DNA of 18,324 bases, taken from IMG/VR virus record IMGVR_UViG_2606217174_000014; one strand, 5' to 3'. The translations under genes and the position numbers were made by a program. This document shows, one piece after another, positions 15,859-18,324 of this stretch; the stretch's first letter is position 1; each line of letters opens with the position of its first letter. The notes under the pieces are model-generated. The model was given only the letters and a program-made list of their open reading frames with translations, did not search any database and had not been told where the DNA came from. Origin of the DNA: a virus (Duplodnaviria > Heunggongvirae > Uroviricota > Caudoviricetes).

Positions 15859-16906
15859 GCGCCGGGATTTACCCCCTAACCTTTATATAAGAAACAATGG
15901 ATATTACTGCTACAGGGACCCAAGGACGGGTAAAGAGTTTGGATTAGGCCGAGACAGGCGAATCGCAATCACTGAAGCTATACAGGCCAACATTGAGTTA
16001 TTTTCAGGACACAAACACAAGCCTCTGACAGCGAGAATCAACAGTGATAATTCCGTTACGTTACATTCATGGCTTGATCGCTACGAAAAAATCCTGGCCA
16101 GCAGAGGAATCAAGCAGAAGACACTCATAAATTACATGAGCAAAATTAAAGCAATAAGGAGGGGTCTGCCTGATGCTCCACTTGAAGACATCACCACAAA
16201 AGAAATTGCGGCAATGCTCAATGGATACATAGACGAGGGCAAGGCGGCGTCAGCCAAGTTAATCAGATCAACACTGAGCGATGCATTCCGAGAGGCAATA
16301 GCTGAAGGCCATATAACAACAAACCCTGTCGCTGCCACTCGCGCAGCAAAATCAGAGGTAAGGAGATCAAGACTTACGGCTGACGAATACCTGAAAATTT
16401 ATCAAGCAGCAGAATCATCACCATGTTGGCTCAGACTTGCAATGGAACTGGCTGTTGTTACCGGGCAACGAGTTGGTGATTTATGCGAAATGAAGTGGTC
16501 TGATATCGTAGATGGATATCTTTATGTCGAGCAAAGCAAAACAGGCGTAAAAATTGCCATCCCAACAGTATTGCATGTTGATGCTCTCGGAATATCAATG
16601 AAGGAAACACTTGATAAATGCAAAGAGATTCTTGGCGGAGAAACCATAATTGCATCTACTCGTCGCGAACCGCTTTCATCCGGCACAGTATCAAGGTATT
16701 TTATGCGCGCACGAAAAGCATCAGGTCTTTCCTTCGAAGGGGATCCGCCTACCTTTCACGAGTTGCGCAGTTTGTCTGCAAGACTCTATGAGAAGCAGAT
16801 AAGCGATAAGTTTGCTCAACATCTTCTCGGGCATAAGTCGGACACCATGGCATCACAGTATCGTGATGACAGAGGCAGGGAGTGGGACAAAATTGAAATC
16901 AAATAA
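15836..16906 (+). CDS. int: Tyrosine integrase Int (lambda type)
   Basis: 356-aa translation MGRRRSHERRDLPPNLYIRNNGYYCYRDPRTGKEFGLGRDRR... matches lambda Int; overlaps the end of xis. Confidence 0.95.
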   Translation: MGRRRSHERRDLPPNLYIRNNGYYCYRDPRTGKEFGLGRDRRIAITEAIQANIELFSGHKHKPLTARINSDNSVTLHSWLDRYEKILASRGIKQKTLINYMSKIKAIRRGLPDAPLEDITTKEIAAMLNGYIDEGKAASAKLIRSTLSDAFREAIAEGHITTNPVAATRAAKSEVRRSRLTADEYLKIYQAAESSPCWLRLAMELAVVTGQRVGDLCEMKWSDIVDGYLYVEQSKTGVKIAIPTVLHVDALGISMKETLDKCKEILGGETIIASTRREPLSSGTVSRYFMRARKASGLSFEGDPPTFHELRSLSARLYEKQISDKFAQHLLGHKSDTMASQYRDDRGREWDKIEIK

Positions 16907-16994
16907 TGATTTTATTTTGACTGATAGTGACCTGTTCGTTGCAACAAATTGATAAGCAATGCTTTTTTATAATGCCAACTTAGTATAAAAAAGC
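16907..16994. other. attL: P-prime arm plus 15-bp common core (reverse complement of GCTTTTTTATACTAA at 16980-16994) joined to the bacterial arm
   Basis: Plus-strand ttagtataaaaaagc at 16980-16994, followed by aggcttca (attB flank) and the ybhC promoter region. Confidence 0.85.
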
Positions 16995-17040
16995 AGGCTT
17001 CAACGGATTCATTTTTCTATTTCATAGCCCGGAGCAACCT

Positions 17041-18324
17041 GTGAACACATTTTCAGTTTCCCGTCTGGCGCTGGCATTGGCTTTTGGCGTGACGCTGACC
17101 GCCTGTAGCTCAACCCCGCCCGATCAACGTCCTTCTGATCAAACCGCGCCTGGTACCTCTTCTCGCCCGATTCTGTCGGCAAAAGAAGCGCAGAATTTCG
17201 ATGCTCAACACTATTTTGCATCCCTGACACCAGGTGCTGCAGCGTGGAATCCTTCCCCGATTACCCTGCCTGCGCAACCTGACTTTGTTGTCGGCCCGGC
17301 GGGCACTCAAGGTGTAACGCATACCACGATTCAGGCGGCGGTAGATGCGGCAATTATCAAGCGTACCAACAAGCGCCAGTATATTGCCGTGATGCCTGGT
17401 GAGTATCAGGGAACGGTATATGTCCCTGCCGCTCCGGGTGGAATTACTCTGTACGGTACAGGTGAAAAACCGATTGATGTGAAGATTGGGCTTTCCCTTG
17501 ATGGTGGCATGAGCCCTGCCGACTGGCGTCACGACGTCAACCCGCGCGGCAAATATATGCCAGGTAAACCAGCGTGGTATATGTACGATAGCTGCCAGAG
17601 CAAACGCAGCGACAGTATCGGTGTTCTCTGCTCTGCGGTCTTCTGGTCACAAAACAATGGCCTGCAACTGCAAAATCTGACCATCGAAAACACGCTGGGC
17701 GATAGCGTAGATGCAGGTAACCATCCGGCGGTGGCACTGCGTACTGATGGTGACCAGGTACAGATTAACAACGTTAACATTCTCGGTCGTCAGAACACCT
17801 TCTTTGTCACCAACAGCGGTGTGCAGAACCGTCTGGAAACGAATCGTCAGCCGCGTACGCTGGTGACCAACAGCTACATTGAAGGGGATGTGGATATCGT
17901 TTCTGGTCGCGGCGCAGTGGTGTTCGATAACACCGAATTCCGCGTGGTGAACTCACGTACTCAGCAAGAAGCGTATGTGTTTGCACCGGCTACGCTGTCC
18001 AACATTTACTACGGTTTCCTCGCCGTAAACAGCCGTTTCAATGCTTTCGGTGATGGTGTGGCGCAACTGGGCCGCTCGCTGGATGTTGATGCCAATACCA
18101 ACGGTCAGGTGGTGATCCGTGATAGCGCCATCAACGAAGGTTTTAACACGGCTAAACCGTGGGCCGATGCGGTGATCTCTAATCGTCCGTTTGCGGGTAA
18201 TACCGGCAGCGTAGATGATAACGACGAAATACAGCGCAATCTGAATGACACTAACTACAACCGCATGTGGGAATACAATAACCGCGGCGTGGGTAGTAAA
18301 GTGGTTGCAGAGGCGAAGAAGTAA
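17041..18324 (+). CDS. ybhC: Chromosomal YbhC, pectinesterase-family outer-membrane lipoprotein
   Basis: 427 aa from a GTG start with a GGAG Shine-Dalgarno; lipobox LTAC; matches E. coli YbhC, the gene next to attB-lambda. Confidence 0.9.
   Translation: MNTFSVSRLALALAFGVTLTACSSTPPDQRPSDQTAPGTSSRPILSAKEAQNFDAQHYFASLTPGAAAWNPSPITLPAQPDFVVGPAGTQGVTHTTIQAAVDAAIIKRTNKRQYIAVMPGEYQGTVYVPAAPGGITLYGTGEKPIDVKIGLSLDGGMSPADWRHDVNPRGKYMPGKPAWYMYDSCQSKRSDSIGVLCSAVFWSQNNGLQLQNLTIENTLGDSVDAGNHPAVALRTDGDQVQINNVNILGRQNTFFVTNSGVQNRLETNRQPRTLVTNSYIEGDVDIVSGRGAVVFDNTEFRVVNSRTQQEAYVFAPATLSNIYYGFLAVNSRFNAFGDGVAQLGRSLDVDANTNGQVVIRDSAINEGFNTAKPWADAVISNRPFAGNTGSVDDNDEIQRNLNDTNYNRMWEYNNRGVGSKVVAEAKK

Larger units (their letters stand above)
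332..16994. mobile_element. Lambdoid prophage, partial (early/immunity/replication/nin region through int-attL); left boundary is off-window beyond the IS1
   Basis: Contiguous phage gene order Q, nin, P, O, cro, cI, gam, bet, exo, xis, int, ending at a lambda-type att core next to ybhC. Confidence 0.9.

Noticed and set aside
17009-17780. Minus-strand ORFs of 73, 140, 83 and 66 aa across ybhC
   Set aside because: Shadow ORFs antisense to the chromosomal ybhC gene.

Overview
The window is the integration-proximal half of a defective, mosaic lambdoid prophage sitting at the lambda attB site, next to chromosomal ybhC. Reading left to right: a partial IS1 (1-331) inserted 26 bp downstream of the Q antiterminator; a DLP12-like nin/Q module on the minus strand (Q, ylcG, rusA, ybcO, ninE, ybcN, ylcH); an AT-rich 118-aa orphan gene and a ~900-bp ORF-poor stretch; a large serine recombinase (ybcK-like) and emrE; then the lambda-type replication module (ren, P, O), where P carries a 1-nt frameshift and O contains the ori iterons. 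The immunity region is not lambda's: a YdaS-like Cro and YdaT-like protein, a LexA-fold CI with an apparently leaderless start, and operators built on AACAAC half-sites inside near-identical pL/pR cores. The pL operon is compact (an Arg-rich N-like ORF, then gam-bet-exo and the small orf60a/orf63/orf61/orf73 genes), ending in xis-int and an attL with a recognisable lambda core. The most interesting locus is a ~2-kb AT-rich cargo insertion between a truncated ea22-like gene and xis, carrying a secreted Cys-rich protein, a zinc-ribbon ORF split by an in-frame TGA, and a 142-aa orphan protein. No tRNA, rRNA or CRISPR array was seen. All family assignments rest on reading the translations and on recalled sequences, not on database searches.
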